From an uncultured archaeon (GTDB taxonomy: Archaea > Asgardarchaeota > Thorarchaeia > Thorarchaeales > Thorarchaeaceae), in the NCBI GenBank assembly GCA_964610875.1, contig CAZSWP010000013.1:18872-82871 (forward strand): a stretch of 64,000 nucleotides of DNA, given 5' to 3'. The first letter of the stretch is position 1. Every line of letters begins with the position of its first letter. Below are positions 39,962 through 49,630 of this stretch, piece after piece. The notes beneath the pieces are model-generated. The model ran no database searches and had not been told where the DNA came from. It worked only from the letters and a program-made list of their open reading frames with translations. A program made the translations under genes and the position numbers.

Positions 39962-40796
39962 TCTTAGCACCTCCAAGTATCTCAACGATAGCGTCTTCAA
40001 GCTCGGATAACAATGTCAGGTTCTTTGATAATTGTGGGAACACTTGGTGTAAAGCTCTTGCAGCCTGAGAGAGTTCGGGCTCAGTCAAGGAACAACGTTC
40101 TATTACATCCTCATTTGTGAGTACTGATGATGTGTTCCCATCCGCTACTAGTTTCCCATCGGACATAGCAATTGTTCGAGGAAAGTATTCAATCACAAAT
40201 TCGATGTCATGCGTTATGCAAATGACTGTACAACCACTAGCATTTAGTTCCATCAAGAGCTCAGCCAGTGCTCTCTTCTGGCGTGCATCTTGACCAATTG
40301 TGGGTTCATCAAGGGCCAATATCCTAGGTTCTGAAGCTAATACAGAAGCCAAGGCAACTCGTTTTCGTTCGCCACCAGATAATGAGAATGGAGATCTTTC
40401 CGCTAAGTCACAAAGCCCTAAACGACCAAGAGTTCGTTCACATCTTATATTTGCCTCTTCCTCTGTGAATCTCATGTTTTTTAATCCAAAAGTGACTTCT
40501 TTCCGGACTGTATCGAGAAAGAGTTGATGATCCGGATTCTGCCAGACCAGACCTACATTTCTAGCAATCTCAGCAACCGACATCTTTCTAGTATTCTTGC
40601 CATCTAAAAATACATGACCACGCTGTGGGCGTATGAGACCATTCATGTGCTTGACCAAGGTTGTTTTACCAGCACCATTTGATCCAACGATTGCTACACT
40701 TTCGCCATCATCAATTTCGAGAGAAACACCATTCAATGCAGTATAGACACCATCGTAGGCATAGTACACATTATCCAGAAGTATCATTGTGTACAA
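39948..40796 (-). CDS. ecfA: ECF transporter ATPase
   Basis: GSNGAGKTT, QNPD.QLF, LSGGE and LDEPT motifs. Confidence 0.92.
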   Translation of the reverse strand: MYTMILLDNVYYAYDGVYTALNGVSLEIDDGESVAIVGSNGAGKTTLVKHMNGLIRPQRGHVFLDGKNTRKMSVAEIARNVGLVWQNPDHQLFLDTVRKEVTFGLKNMRFTEEEANIRCERTLGRLGLCDLAERSPFSLSGGERKRVALASVLASEPRILALDEPTIGQDARQKRALAELLMELNASGCTVICITHDIEFVIEYFPRTIAMSDGKLVADGNTSSVLTNEDVIERCSLTEPELSQAARALHQVFPQLSKNLTLLSELEDAIVEILGGAKSVIS

Positions 40797-41626
40797 ACTC
40801 CTTTTACTGCGATTGCCAGTTCCTCTCCGGTTAGAGGGACTGTTTTCAAATCTAGTCCTTTTTCAAGTAACCTCTTGTAAATTTGTGTTGCTTTGGGAAT
40901 ACCAACTCCAATATCCTGACACATATCCATTGAGAGAACTTCCCTGGGTGGGCCATCAGCAACAATCTTTCCCTTATCCATTAATATAACACGGGATGCG
41001 TCTCTGGCCACCAAATCAAGTCGATGTTCCACAACGACGATAGTCATCCCTTGTTTGTTCAATTGCGTCAGAATGCTTAGAATGGTTTCAGCGCTCTTAG
41101 GATCAAGATTTGAGGTAGGTTCATCAGCAACAAGAATCTTTGGTTGCATAGCTAAAGTGGCAGCAATTGCCAATCTCTGTTGTTCCCCACCACTCATCTC
41201 ATGAGGGTGTTTTTCCTTCAAATGTTCCAGGTCTAAAGCATCGATGAGAAAATCAATACGTTTGATAATCTCCTCAGGAGCTACACCTAGATTTTCGGGA
41301 CCAAAAGCGAGCTCTTTCATTACATTAAGAGTAACCAATTGATTTGAAGGATTCTGAAAGACAAGGCCTACGACTCTTGCCAGCTCAGCAACTTTATTCT
41401 CACGAGTATCTTTGTCATCAACAAAGACATGACCTGCAATATATCCTCTATGAAACTGCGGTACAAGCCCGTTTAGTGTCCTACATAGAGTGGTCTTGCC
41501 ACAACCAGACGGTCCTGTGATGACTATGAATTCACCTTCTTCTATTGTGAGATTGACTCGCTTAAGAGCAAGAGAGTCAGCTCCAAGGTATTTGAAGCTG
41601 AAATTTTCAATTCTCACAATTGGCAG
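40784..41626 (-). CDS. ecfA: ECF transporter ATPase (probable CTG start)
   Basis: GPSGCGKTT, FQNP, MSGGE, DEPTSNLD and EH motifs. Confidence 0.9.
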   Translation of the reverse strand: MPIVRIENFSFKYLGADSLALKRVNLTIEEGEFIVITGPSGCGKTTLCRTLNGLVPQFHRGYIAGHVFVDDKDTRENKVAELARVVGLVFQNPSNQLVTLNVMKELAFGPENLGVAPEEIIKRIDFLIDALDLEHLKEKHPHEMSGGEQQRLAIAATLAMQPKILVADEPTSNLDPKSAETILSILTQLNKQGMTIVVVEHRLDLVARDASRVILMDKGKIVADGPPREVLSMDMCQDIGVGIPKATQIYKRLLEKGLDLKTVPLTGEELAIAVKGVCTQ

Positions 41627-41635
41627 ATAATCACC

Positions 41636-42646
41636 TCATTGTCCAGTATCTTCCAAATTAGGAGACTCGCTATTACTTAGCAATGTGCGTATAAGTGCAA
41701 TAGCTTCTTTCAGAGCCTTTTTTCGTTTCATCGTTCCATTTGCTCCAGCAGCATTCGCATGCCCACCTCCAACGCCACCAATCAATTCACCCAAAGGTTC
41801 CATTATGTCGAGGCCCAGATTAATTTCGGTCTTTTGATGAAACTCCCGTGTACTACGTGCACTCAAACGTACTTTGTTTTTTGCAGGTTTGCCGCCTACG
41901 ATAGCCACATCAGCCCCTAGTTCGATTAGACCCCTGCAAGCACTTGCTTCAAATGCACCAATTCTAGCTGTTGCTATTACCCATTCATTGATAGTATGAA
42001 CCTTTGATCTAGATGCAGCTTTCAGTCTGGCAATTCGCTCAGACCGGTCTTGTCTGATGATTAGAGCATTGAGACATGCCTCATAGTCAGCTCCTGATTC
42101 CATTAGGAGTGTTGCTGTTGATAGTGTGTCTTTGTCTGCGTAGTAGAATCTACGAGTATCAAATAGTATCCCACAGAGAAGAAGATTAGCAACCATAGGG
42201 GATGTGCTAATGTCATTTTCTTTGAATAAGTCCACAAGCATTTCACATGTTGAGAAGCGGTCACTTCGTATGATTCTATGGTCAGCAATTTTCACTGATT
42301 CTGGGTTTTCTTCGTGATGGTCAATTATCAGAACCTTGCTTTTGTCATGGAGTAGGTCAGAAAAATCATCTCCAAGTTGAACTTGAGAATTAGTGTCTAA
42401 TACCACATAGAAATCAAATTCTTCTTCAATATTTTCATGAATTATTGTATTAGGAGCAAGTGCATCCAAGACTTTCATAGATAAACGACTGACATCATCA
42501 CATGCAAGGACAGTATTTCCATCAGGATTCAACTTGTAATATAGTTCAGCAAAAGCCCGCATTGAGCAGACAGCATCAGGATCTGCGTTATGATGGCCCA
42601 ATATCAGTATGTTCTTTACATCTGAAAGAAGGGCCTTCAAATTCAA
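41636..42646 (-). CDS. DHH/DHHA1 family phosphoesterase
   Basis: H.NADPDA, IDHH and GGGH..AAG motifs. Confidence 0.92.
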   Translation of the reverse strand: MNLKALLSDVKNILILGHHNADPDAVCSMRAFAELYYKLNPDGNTVLACDDVSRLSMKVLDALAPNTIIHENIEEEFDFYVVLDTNSQVQLGDDFSDLLHDKSKVLIIDHHEENPESVKIADHRIIRSDRFSTCEMLVDLFKENDISTSPMVANLLLCGILFDTRRFYYADKDTLSTATLLMESGADYEACLNALIIRQDRSERIARLKAASRSKVHTINEWVIATARIGAFEASACRGLIELGADVAIVGGKPAKNKVRLSARSTREFHQKTEINLGLDIMEPLGELIGGVGGGHANAAGANGTMKRKKALKEAIALIRTLLSNSESPNLEDTGQ

Positions 42647-42951
42647 TCAGATTTCATCTCCGCTAACTTGTCTTCTAACCAAGCTGAACAATATTCTACA
42701 GCATCCTCAGTAATTTGCTCCAAATCGTGTTCGGTTTCATATTTTTGGATGACTTCCACATCAATGGACACTTCTAACACTTTATCAAATTCCAAGGTAC
42801 AGACCACAGATAACTCCTCAATACTCTTGACTGGAAGGGTTTTCAGGATGTACTCTGTAACTTGTTCCTCACATGCTTCTGCAAGATTTTCAATATCTTC
42901 CTCAGACAGGTGGGGAAGACCAATATCCATCGGAGAGGTCATGTCCTTCAC
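42643..42951 (-). CDS. DUF3194-like small acidic protein
   Basis: IGLP.L.E motif and typical position after prefoldin beta. Confidence 0.65.
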   Translation of the reverse strand: MKDMTSPMDIGLPHLSEEDIENLAEACEEQVTEYILKTLPVKSIEELSVVCTLEFDKVLEVSIDVEVIQKYETEHDLEQITEDAVEYCSAWLEDKLAEMKSD

Positions 42952-43325
42952 GAGAGCCGAAGGTTATGTTTGCTAAGTTCGACTTGCAGTTTATTTTGAA
43001 GTTCTTGTAGTTTTTCTGTCAATGTTTCTATCTGTTTCTTGGTTGAAGCAAGACGCATTTCCAGAGTCTTTTTGCGATCTTCGAGTTCATCGGTAAGAGC
43101 TGGTTTTTCCACACGGAACATTACTTGACCTACAGATTTGTATGTCACAACATCATCAGGTTGTTTAGTTAGTTCTTCGAGGGTGGCTTTAATCTCGCTA
43201 AGGTCTTGTTGTATCGTTTGATTCATCATTTGTAGCGTTTCATGATTTCTTCGCATTGTGTCAAATTTTTGTAGTTCCTGCTCCAATGCCGGAGGTATTG
43301 ATTGAGCCATATTAATATTCACCAC
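42948..43325 (-). CDS. pfdB: Prefoldin beta subunit
   Basis: Coiled coil with a YKSVG hairpin; operon position. Confidence 0.9.
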   Translation of the reverse strand: MVNINMAQSIPPALEQELQKFDTMRRNHETLQMMNQTIQQDLSEIKATLEELTKQPDDVVTYKSVGQVMFRVEKPALTDELEDRKKTLEMRLASTKKQIETLTEKLQELQNKLQVELSKHNLRLS

Positions 43326-43446
43326 AGTATTCGATAAGGTGTATTCAGAGTCCGCCGCTTCAGATGTGACTTAAGACTTTTGGCTTGGATGAAAAAGATA
43401 ATCAGATTATTACATCTTAAGACAAGATTTGAAAAATCATGTTGGA

Positions 43447-43725
43447 CTAAAGAAACTTACTTGGTTGTATCGAGTCTACAGCTCTTTTACTTCCTGATAT
43501 CCAAGAGAGAAAAGAATTTGCCGCTGCACGAAGCGCAGTCAAATCGTCTGCTTGTATCTCAAGTATCAAGATGTTTTCTTTTGTATGGACTTGTGTGATT
43601 GCTCTATCAGAGGGTACATCGAGAGTTTCAGGTCTTAATGCACGACAGAGAATTTCAGCCATCTCTGAAGATTCAATCTCAATCGCTATTTGTGCAGTCC
43701 CTCTTATGTTCTGAACTTCATTCAT
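43447..43725 (-). CDS. pcc1: KEOPS subunit Pcc1
   Basis: AL.PE and A.D..ALRAA.NS.L.W motifs. Confidence 0.88.
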   Translation of the reverse strand: MNEVQNIRGTAQIAIEIESSEMAEILCRALRPETLDVPSDRAITQVHTKENILILEIQADDLTALRAAANSFLSWISGSKRAVDSIQPSKFL

Positions 43726-43726
43726 T

Positions 43727-44278
43727 CTATTGCCCCTTTAATTCATACATTCTCAATCTTGGACCGAATTCTCTTCCTGAGGAAATGGCATAGGTTGTCC
43801 ATAGAGTTCTGCCTTTCGTTACATCTTCAAACCAATGCAGAACCTTGTCTTCAGTCTTTAGTTCTGATGGGTTTTCCAAATATTTGAGGTCAGACTCCAT
43901 AATAGAAGTTATTAGTTCTGCAAGTTTCACTGTTCCAACTGAGCTCTCTTTCTTCACTGCAAATAAGATGGAACTATTAATCCGTGACGGTGAGCCATTT
44001 TGTATCTCTCGTCGAAGCAATACACTCTCTAAGCGTATTTCACAATGTGTATTCCCGTCCTTATTGATTACCTCGATACCGCCAGGATTTCCTTGATAAA
44101 GTGATACTATAAAAGCTGCATTTGCACCTGTCTGATTTATTCTCGAAACTATCTCAGCTCTACTCAAGCTTCCTCGATTAAACCGATCCGAATCCGGGAG
44201 AATATAGTGTAAATCTTTGATGAATGTTCTAACTCGATTTGATGTCCTACGAGAAGTTGTAATTAGGACGGATGCCAA
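43727..44278 (-). CDS. Brix/Imp4-domain ribosome biogenesis protein
   Basis: LITTSR..S.R.R.F.KDL, NRG and GP.L motifs. Confidence 0.88.
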   Translation of the reverse strand: MASVLITTSRRTSNRVRTFIKDLHYILPDSDRFNRGSLSRAEIVSRINQTGANAAFIVSLYQGNPGGIEVINKDGNTHCEIRLESVLLRREIQNGSPSRINSSILFAVKKESSVGTVKLAELITSIMESDLKYLENPSELKTEDKVLHWFEDVTKGRTLWTTYAISSGREFGPRLRMYELKGQ

Positions 44279-44295
44279 AATGCTTCGCCTAAAAT

Positions 44296-44727
44296 CTAAT
44301 CTTCATCGAGTTCTTCGTCATCGAGTCCTATCTCTTCCTCACCAAATTCCTCTGAATCGGGTACATCGATAGCTTCAATGACAGGTTCATCAACATTGGG
44401 CAAGAAGTCCAATGATTCAATGATTTCCTCGGCTTCATCCTCATCTCTAAGGGCAAGGAAATCGCCAGCTATTCTCTGGGCGATTGCACGTCTTGCAGCT
44501 TTACCTGCATCAGTGTATGGAACGTAAGCACCACCAGCAAAGAGAATATCACATTTCTTGCATCTCCAGAGACCAGCTGCTTCTCTCTTCAAAGCTCTTG
44601 TCGCACATGCGGGGCATCTATGGGGTTCTTTTCTCCGTCTTTCAATGTCAAGCACTCTACGACGTAGCTTGGCACCATATCTAGAACCGAATCTTCCGGT
44701 GCTGCCGACTTTTTTCGTTCTTCCCAA
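44296..44727 (-). CDS. rpl37ae: 50S ribosomal protein L37ae (eL43) with an acidic extension
   Basis: TKKVG..GRFG.RYG, CP.C, W.C..C and GGAY motifs. Confidence 0.95.
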   Translation of the reverse strand: MGRTKKVGSTGRFGSRYGAKLRRRVLDIERRRKEPHRCPACATRALKREAAGLWRCKKCDILFAGGAYVPYTDAGKAARRAIAQRIAGDFLALRDEDEAEEIIESLDFLPNVDEPVIEAIDVPDSEEFGEEEIGLDDEELDED

Positions 44728-44876
44728 TTTTCTGGTCTCCTTCTTGTTGTTTTGTCACTCCAATTGTTACATTAGAAGGGTACTGCTGGAGTGTGACAGT
44801 CGCCCTGTAATTTCCTTTATTAGCGTATCTATTTGGCGAGACTGCATGGAAGGGGCAAATGTGCCCCTTACAGTGT

Positions 44877-45704
44877 CTAATTGATTTTCGCGGCTGCCTC
44901 TTTGATGAGTGCGCGAACTTCTTTTGTTCGATCAAGTGCAATACCCATTGCACGGTCGACTTCATCAAGGGTTATTGGACCGATTCCACCGCCTTTTTGC
45001 ATAGCTGTCATGTTGTCTTCTTCATCAACAGCTATAGTCAGACGAGTGTCCTGGACCATTTCTTCCTTAATGTGTGGATCAACGAGCAAATGCTTTCCAA
45101 TCTTAGAAATTGTGCATTCTATCGCCATGTTACGAAGAGGAATCTTTCTCATCTTGTCAGTTTCAACAAGTTTACCGTCTTCCATCTTCATCTCTGGAAA
45201 TGTTGTGGTTGCCAGAGCAGCATTGACTGCTATTGAGGATGCATCTATGAGATTGCCATCGTATTCAAGAGGGTACAGGTCTGCAAAGACCATATAGACA
45301 CTCTTTCCTTCTTCAATGCACAGCTCCTTCACATCCACTGATTCAGATTCTCGCAAGCCTCTGTCTACAACACGTGCAAGTTCAATAGCATCCTCTCTGG
45401 GAGGACCAAGTTCGAACAAGGGTGATGCTAACGGAGACATCTCTGCAGTGACCATAGTCACTCCTTGATCAGGAGAATCAGGATATGGCTCACCTACAAG
45501 AACCTTGACACCAGCAACAACACTTGTATCACCAAGGCGCACTAGCGCAGAACCTTCAGCCTTTGCTGGTACGACATCAGCTTCAATCTCTATGGAACGG
45601 TATTCCTCGAAAGCACGTCCATCGACTCTCTCACCGCGATTTAGGAGGTCTAAAATGTACTCGCGATCGATTTTGCTAATGACTTCTGAACTCCAATCAC
45701 CCAT
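44877..45704 (-). CDS. rrp42: Exosome subunit Rrp42
   Basis: R.DGR...YR, AEGSA.V.LG.T, ELARVVDR..RES and DGN..DA motifs. Confidence 0.95.
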   Translation of the reverse strand: MGDWSSEVISKIDREYILDLLNRGERVDGRAFEEYRSIEIEADVVPAKAEGSALVRLGDTSVVAGVKVLVGEPYPDSPDQGVTMVTAEMSPLASPLFELGPPREDAIELARVVDRGLRESESVDVKELCIEEGKSVYMVFADLYPLEYDGNLIDASSIAVNAALATTTFPEMKMEDGKLVETDKMRKIPLRNMAIECTISKIGKHLLVDPHIKEEMVQDTRLTIAVDEEDNMTAMQKGGGIGPITLDEVDRAMGIALDRTKEVRALIKEAAAKIN

Positions 45705-45706
45705 TA

Positions 45707-46528
45707 TTAGTCATCTCCTGGAATCTCGGCTTCACCGAGGTCATGCTCAAGATCGTCGTCATAGTCATCATCGTCATCATCATCATCATCATCATCCTCT
45801 GATGGCGTTCTTGCATAAGCTATCTTCAAGGCATCCTTCTGGAGTTCATGTAGATACTTACAAGAAGTTATGCCCATCTGTAATGCTTCTGTTATCTCTT
45901 CACGAGTGAACGAACCATCTTGTTGTAGTAATACAATTTCATCCGTTGCAGGGATTGTAGCCATGGGAATGTCACCTTGACCGTACTTGTCTTCTTCATC
46001 ACCCAAGTCTACTAACATCTTACCATCAGCCTTGCCGACTGCGATTGCTGGAACCAGACTTCTCATTGGGATTCCTGCATCTGCAAGGGCTAGTGAAGCA
46101 GCGTTAATAGCTGCACATCTCGTACCTCCATCAGCTTGAATCACTGTAACAAAAACATCAATGACCGCTTTGGGAAATTCCTCCAAGAAAATCACCGGAC
46201 TCAATGCATTTGCAATGACCATTGAGATCTCTTTCTCTCTTCTAGATGGTGCAGGTCGTTTCCTATCGGGCACGGAGAAAGTTGTCATTCTGTATACAAC
46301 TCTCAGGTATGCCCTATCATTCAGTGTAAGATGACGTGGATGAAGTTCTCTTGGGCCATATACTGCTGCAATTATGTAGGTCTTTCCCTGCCTTATTGAT
46401 GCAGATCCGTCGGCTTGTTTCAAAACGCCCACTTTCATCTCTACAGGGCGCATCTCATCCAGTCGTCTTCCGTCTGATCTAAGCCCCTCGGGACTGATTA
46501 GATTTTCTGGTTTGGTTTCGGGACTCAT
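45707..46528 (-). CDS. rrp41: Exosome subunit Rrp41 with a poly-Asp tail
   Basis: R.DGR..DE.R, ADGS, VYGPRE, QADGGTR and ALADAGIPM motifs. Confidence 0.96.
   Translation of the reverse strand: MSPETKPENLISPEGLRSDGRRLDEMRPVEMKVGVLKQADGSASIRQGKTYIIAAVYGPRELHPRHLTLNDRAYLRVVYRMTTFSVPDRKRPAPSRREKEISMVIANALSPVIFLEEFPKAVIDVFVTVIQADGGTRCAAINAASLALADAGIPMRSLVPAIAVGKADGKMLVDLGDEEDKYGQGDIPMATIPATDEIVLLQQDGSFTREEITEALQMGITSCKYLHELQKDALKIAYARTPSEDDDDDDDDDDDYDDDLEHDLGEAEIPGDD
45752..45795 (-). repeat. GAY trinucleotide run encoding poly-Asp
   Basis: (TCA/TCG)n on the plus strand. Confidence 0.85.
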
Positions 46529-46529
46529 T

Positions 46530-47411
46530 CTATTCTTTCACTTCCTTATCTTTCTTCTCTGTGTCAGCGGGTTTCTCACTAACACCATTTTCTTTTTCTA
46601 CTTCTTTCGAGCTCTCTGGCTCATCTTCTTCCGTCTCATCTGAATCCTCTTTCTCATCAGATGTGTCATCTTTAGTTGGTGGTTCATCTTTCTCAGTTTC
46701 TTCAGCAGACTCTGATTCGGTTTCGTCTTCTAATTTGGCTAACTCCTCTTTGAGCATATCATGAACCCTATCTGTAAGCTTGCTAGTATGTGCCTCAGAT
46801 TCAATCATCCGAAAGGCATTGACTGCAAGTTTGATAATGACAGGGTCACGTGCACGAATCCAGATTCTGCCATTCTGCCCCACTACTGTTTGAATTCGTA
46901 GTAGGTCCTTGATCATGTTTATCATAGAACCACGCCTGCCAATCACTCGTGGTATTTTAGCAGGACTGATGTTTTGTATCATTCCTCCCTCAAGACGACG
47001 AAGACCTCTTCCTTTCATAGTCAGGAAAGGTCCACTTGTTCTGTCAAAAGCAATGACTTCTGCTACGATTACATCTCCTACATCCATGTAACGCGAGATA
47101 TCATCATCATATGGTCGTCTCAGAGCGTTGTTTGCATGTAGCGATGCTCCATAAGGACCACCAATATCAACTTTCCAGTTATTACCAGCCACTATGGTTA
47201 TCGTACCAAGTACTAAATCCCCTTCACGAGGAATGTATACACCTTGTAGTGGCACAACTTTTACTGTATTCCCTCTCAGTTCAGCTAGACCTACGACCGA
47301 TGAGAAAATTTTGTCCTCATATCCATAGGTACCCATTGAGGTTCTGTATCTACCCTCAGCAAGTAGCTGACCGGGAACCACTATTTCTCGTTTTTGAAAA
47401 TATACTGCCAA
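46530..47411 (-). CDS. rrp4: Exosome RNA-binding subunit Rrp4 with an acidic tail
   Basis: V.PG..L, YIP..GD.V.G, K.PRVIG..GSM and GQNGRIW motifs. Confidence 0.95.
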   Translation of the reverse strand: MAVYFQKREIVVPGQLLAEGRYRTSMGTYGYEDKIFSSVVGLAELRGNTVKVVPLQGVYIPREGDLVLGTITIVAGNNWKVDIGGPYGASLHANNALRRPYDDDISRYMDVGDVIVAEVIAFDRTSGPFLTMKGRGLRRLEGGMIQNISPAKIPRVIGRRGSMINMIKDLLRIQTVVGQNGRIWIRARDPVIIKLAVNAFRMIESEAHTSKLTDRVHDMLKEELAKLEDETESESAEETEKDEPPTKDDTSDEKEDSDETEEDEPESSKEVEKENGVSEKPADTEKKDKEVKE

Positions 47412-47474
47412 TTTGTTCCCTCATTCTATATTACTTGTTAATTATTGTCTTCAATTATCATCATTCGTTAATTA

Positions 47475-48203
47475 CTATCTTACAACCTCAAGTCGAATTT
47501 GACCTTTTGTTAATTTATTGAGGTCGTCATAGAGTTCTTGTCTCTTTGCTGCGGGAATCTCTACAAGTCCAGTCCAAGACCCATCTTGTTCCCAAGTATC
47601 ACTCTTAATTACGCCTGTTTTAGCTACCATATTGTAACCTTTTCCTGCATATGAGGCAGGTATGGATACTTTCAACTTTACACTTTCAAAAGATATTGGA
47701 ATTACCACACGGAGTGCCTTTACGATATTAGGAACCTGTTCATCAACACTTATGAATGGGTTCACTTTGACCTTAGCCTCCTCCATTGCTTGTCTAATCC
47801 TATCTGGAGGGTGTGGATGTCCAGTCTGGGGATTCATCGCTCTCTTGGAGATGTCATGAATTATCGCTTCGGTCTTTTCCTCGGTCATTTGGACTCGTTG
47901 TTCATGTGTAAGCTTGAATTCTCCATTCTTAATCACTTCTGGGGCAATATCAAAGACATCCGTTGAACCAAAAGCATCCTGAACAAGAATATCAGTCGCC
48001 TTCTCTCCACGCCGTGCATCTTCGTATATCTCGTAACTCATTAGAATCTCACTTAGGGGATGGTCTTCGCCACGCCTATATTCAAAAGCAAGGTCAGGAT
48101 CTACGAACAATTCCACTCGAACATGACCCTTCTGAAGTCCAACTACAACAGCATCAAGATCAATCCATTTATCCCCTGATAGTCTGCCAGATCCTCCACT
48201 CAT
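47475..48203 (-). CDS. Ribosome maturation factor SBDS/Sdo1
   Basis: DA..G.KA, FG.TD and NP.T..PHPP.RI..AM motifs. Confidence 0.93.
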   Translation of the reverse strand: MSGGSGRLSGDKWIDLDAVVVGLQKGHVRVELFVDPDLAFEYRRGEDHPLSEILMSYEIYEDARRGEKATDILVQDAFGSTDVFDIAPEVIKNGEFKLTHEQRVQMTEEKTEAIIHDISKRAMNPQTGHPHPPDRIRQAMEEAKVKVNPFISVDEQVPNIVKALRVVIPISFESVKLKVSIPASYAGKGYNMVAKTGVIKSDTWEQDGSWTGLVEIPAAKRQELYDDLNKLTKGQIRLEVVR

Positions 48204-48217
48204 TCAATGTCCAACTC

Positions 48218-48961
48218 CTATTTATTTTTGGATGACTCTCCATCATTGAGGTAGTCTTGTACTTCCTCAATTGTCAGTCTATAGAACTCTCTTGATTTGA
48301 CAGGAATTCTAGCTATCTCTACATTATCGGAAGTCAACTCTATATCGGTAGTATCTCGTAATGCATTCAGACCCAGCTTGATAGCAGCAGGGAGTTTCAG
48401 CGAATTCTTGTAATGCTTTTCCAAGTAAGCTCCAACTTCACTACTGCCTCTGCCAATTACTGCAGCCATATATCCCCAGTAGGTGCCTACAGGATCAGTC
48501 ATGAACAACCTTGGACTGTCATCATGGTCAACTGAACAAATTAACATTGCAACGCCATATGGACGGCCACCTTGTCTTGGATCTAATGAGAGTCGTGTTA
48601 CCTTCACATTACAAATATGCTCTGCAAGAGCTTCTGCAGGTACTGGTTCTTCAAATGTGAGCCAGTAAGATTGTGCTTTTATTCGAGCTTCGTAAATCAG
48701 TTGCCTTGCATCTGCCATGAAGCCCGAAGTGGCTACACCAATATGGTTGTCAATTTTGGAAACCTTCTCTACGCTGTCAGGTTCCTGAAGTGGCATTATT
48801 TTTTTCTCGGCAAGGAGAATGACTCCTTCCTTTACTTGAATGCCAATAGCTGTGGCACCCTGTTCTACCGCCTTCTTTGCGTATTCTGCGGCAAATATCC
48901 GCCCCTCAGGACTGAAAATACCTGTACTGGTATCATATCCAGCACCTGAAATCCCGAACAT
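48218..48961 (-). CDS. psmA: Proteasome alpha subunit
   Basis: GYD....IFSPEGR....EYA, G..ADAR, RPYGV and DP.G motifs; start at ATG 48961. Confidence 0.92.
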   Translation of the reverse strand: MFGISGAGYDTSTGIFSPEGRIFAAEYAKKAVEQGATAIGIQVKEGVILLAEKKIMPLQEPDSVEKVSKIDNHIGVATSGFMADARQLIYEARIKAQSYWLTFEEPVPAEALAEHICNVKVTRLSLDPRQGGRPYGVAMLICSVDHDDSPRLFMTDPVGTYWGYMAAVIGRGSSEVGAYLEKHYKNSLKLPAAIKLGLNALRDTTDIELTSDNVEIARIPVKSREFYRLTIEEVQDYLNDGESSKNK

Positions 48962-48994
48962 AGTAATTTCCTCCAAGTAATCTTCCTGCATCCT

Positions 48995-49114
48995 GTGGAA
49001 GTCAGAACCTTAGCAAGCGAGAGAAAGCTGACAATTCCAGCAAGTTGATGGTGATTACAGATAGTAATTCCCCGATGGGTTGTTTGTTCCCATTAGGTTC
49101 TGACCAGCTTCCAC
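48995..49114 (-). ncRNA. Candidate structured leader RNA upstream of the psmA operon
   Basis: GTCAGAACCT/AGGTTCTGAC perfect stem (plus GTGGAA/TTCCAC) enclosing three small hairpins; TATA-like motif at ~49126-49131. Confidence 0.45.
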
Positions 49115-49158
49115 TGGGTATACTCATAAAGCTTCTGGTGTTACCGAACCTATTCTAC

Positions 49159-49596
49159 CTAGTCCTGAATGAGGTAGATATATGCAATGAAGGCTAAACA
49201 TATCGCAAAGCTAGCTGCAGTCACCTCAAGTCCGAACATGAAGTAAGACATTATTGTGATTGCTGCAAGTAGAATGATTATTTCCATCCATCCGGCACGC
49301 ATTTGTGTAAGGTATAGCTGAAGGTTTACGACTGTCACCGTGAGGAAGAAGAATGAAAATCCCATAAACGCGACTTCAAGGATTGGGGCCATGAAGTTAT
49401 TAATATTGTTCAGTTCTGTCAGAGGGGTCGTTCCCTCAAGTGTAGACCACCACCAAAATATCACTGATAAAGCTATGAAGAGGGCTGTAAATACGGTTGT
49501 GATTATTGTTGACCGTAAAATCTCACTGCGATCAGGTATTTCATCACTCACTGTCGTTCTCACCGACCTTGATGTGGCGAAGCCAATGTTTCCCAC
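49159..49596 (-). CDS. Hypothetical membrane protein
   Basis: About four TM segments. Confidence 0.6.
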   Translation of the reverse strand: MGNIGFATSRSVRTTVSDEIPDRSEILRSTIITTVFTALFIALSVIFWWWSTLEGTTPLTELNNINNFMAPILEVAFMGFSFFFLTVTVVNLQLYLTQMRAGWMEIIILLAAITIMSYFMFGLEVTAASFAICLAFIAYIYLIQD

Positions 49597-49630
49597 TTAA
49601 AGATACCGACTTAAACAGACTTGTACTGTA

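Noticed and set aside
45505-45909. His-rich plus-strand ORF
   Set aside because: Antisense shadow of the Rrp41 poly-Asp codons
48565-48605. Possible third intron in psmA (AAG|GTAAC...CAAG|GT)
   Set aside because: No stop and no hairpin or BHB; removing the 31 nt shifts the frame and deletes needed residues
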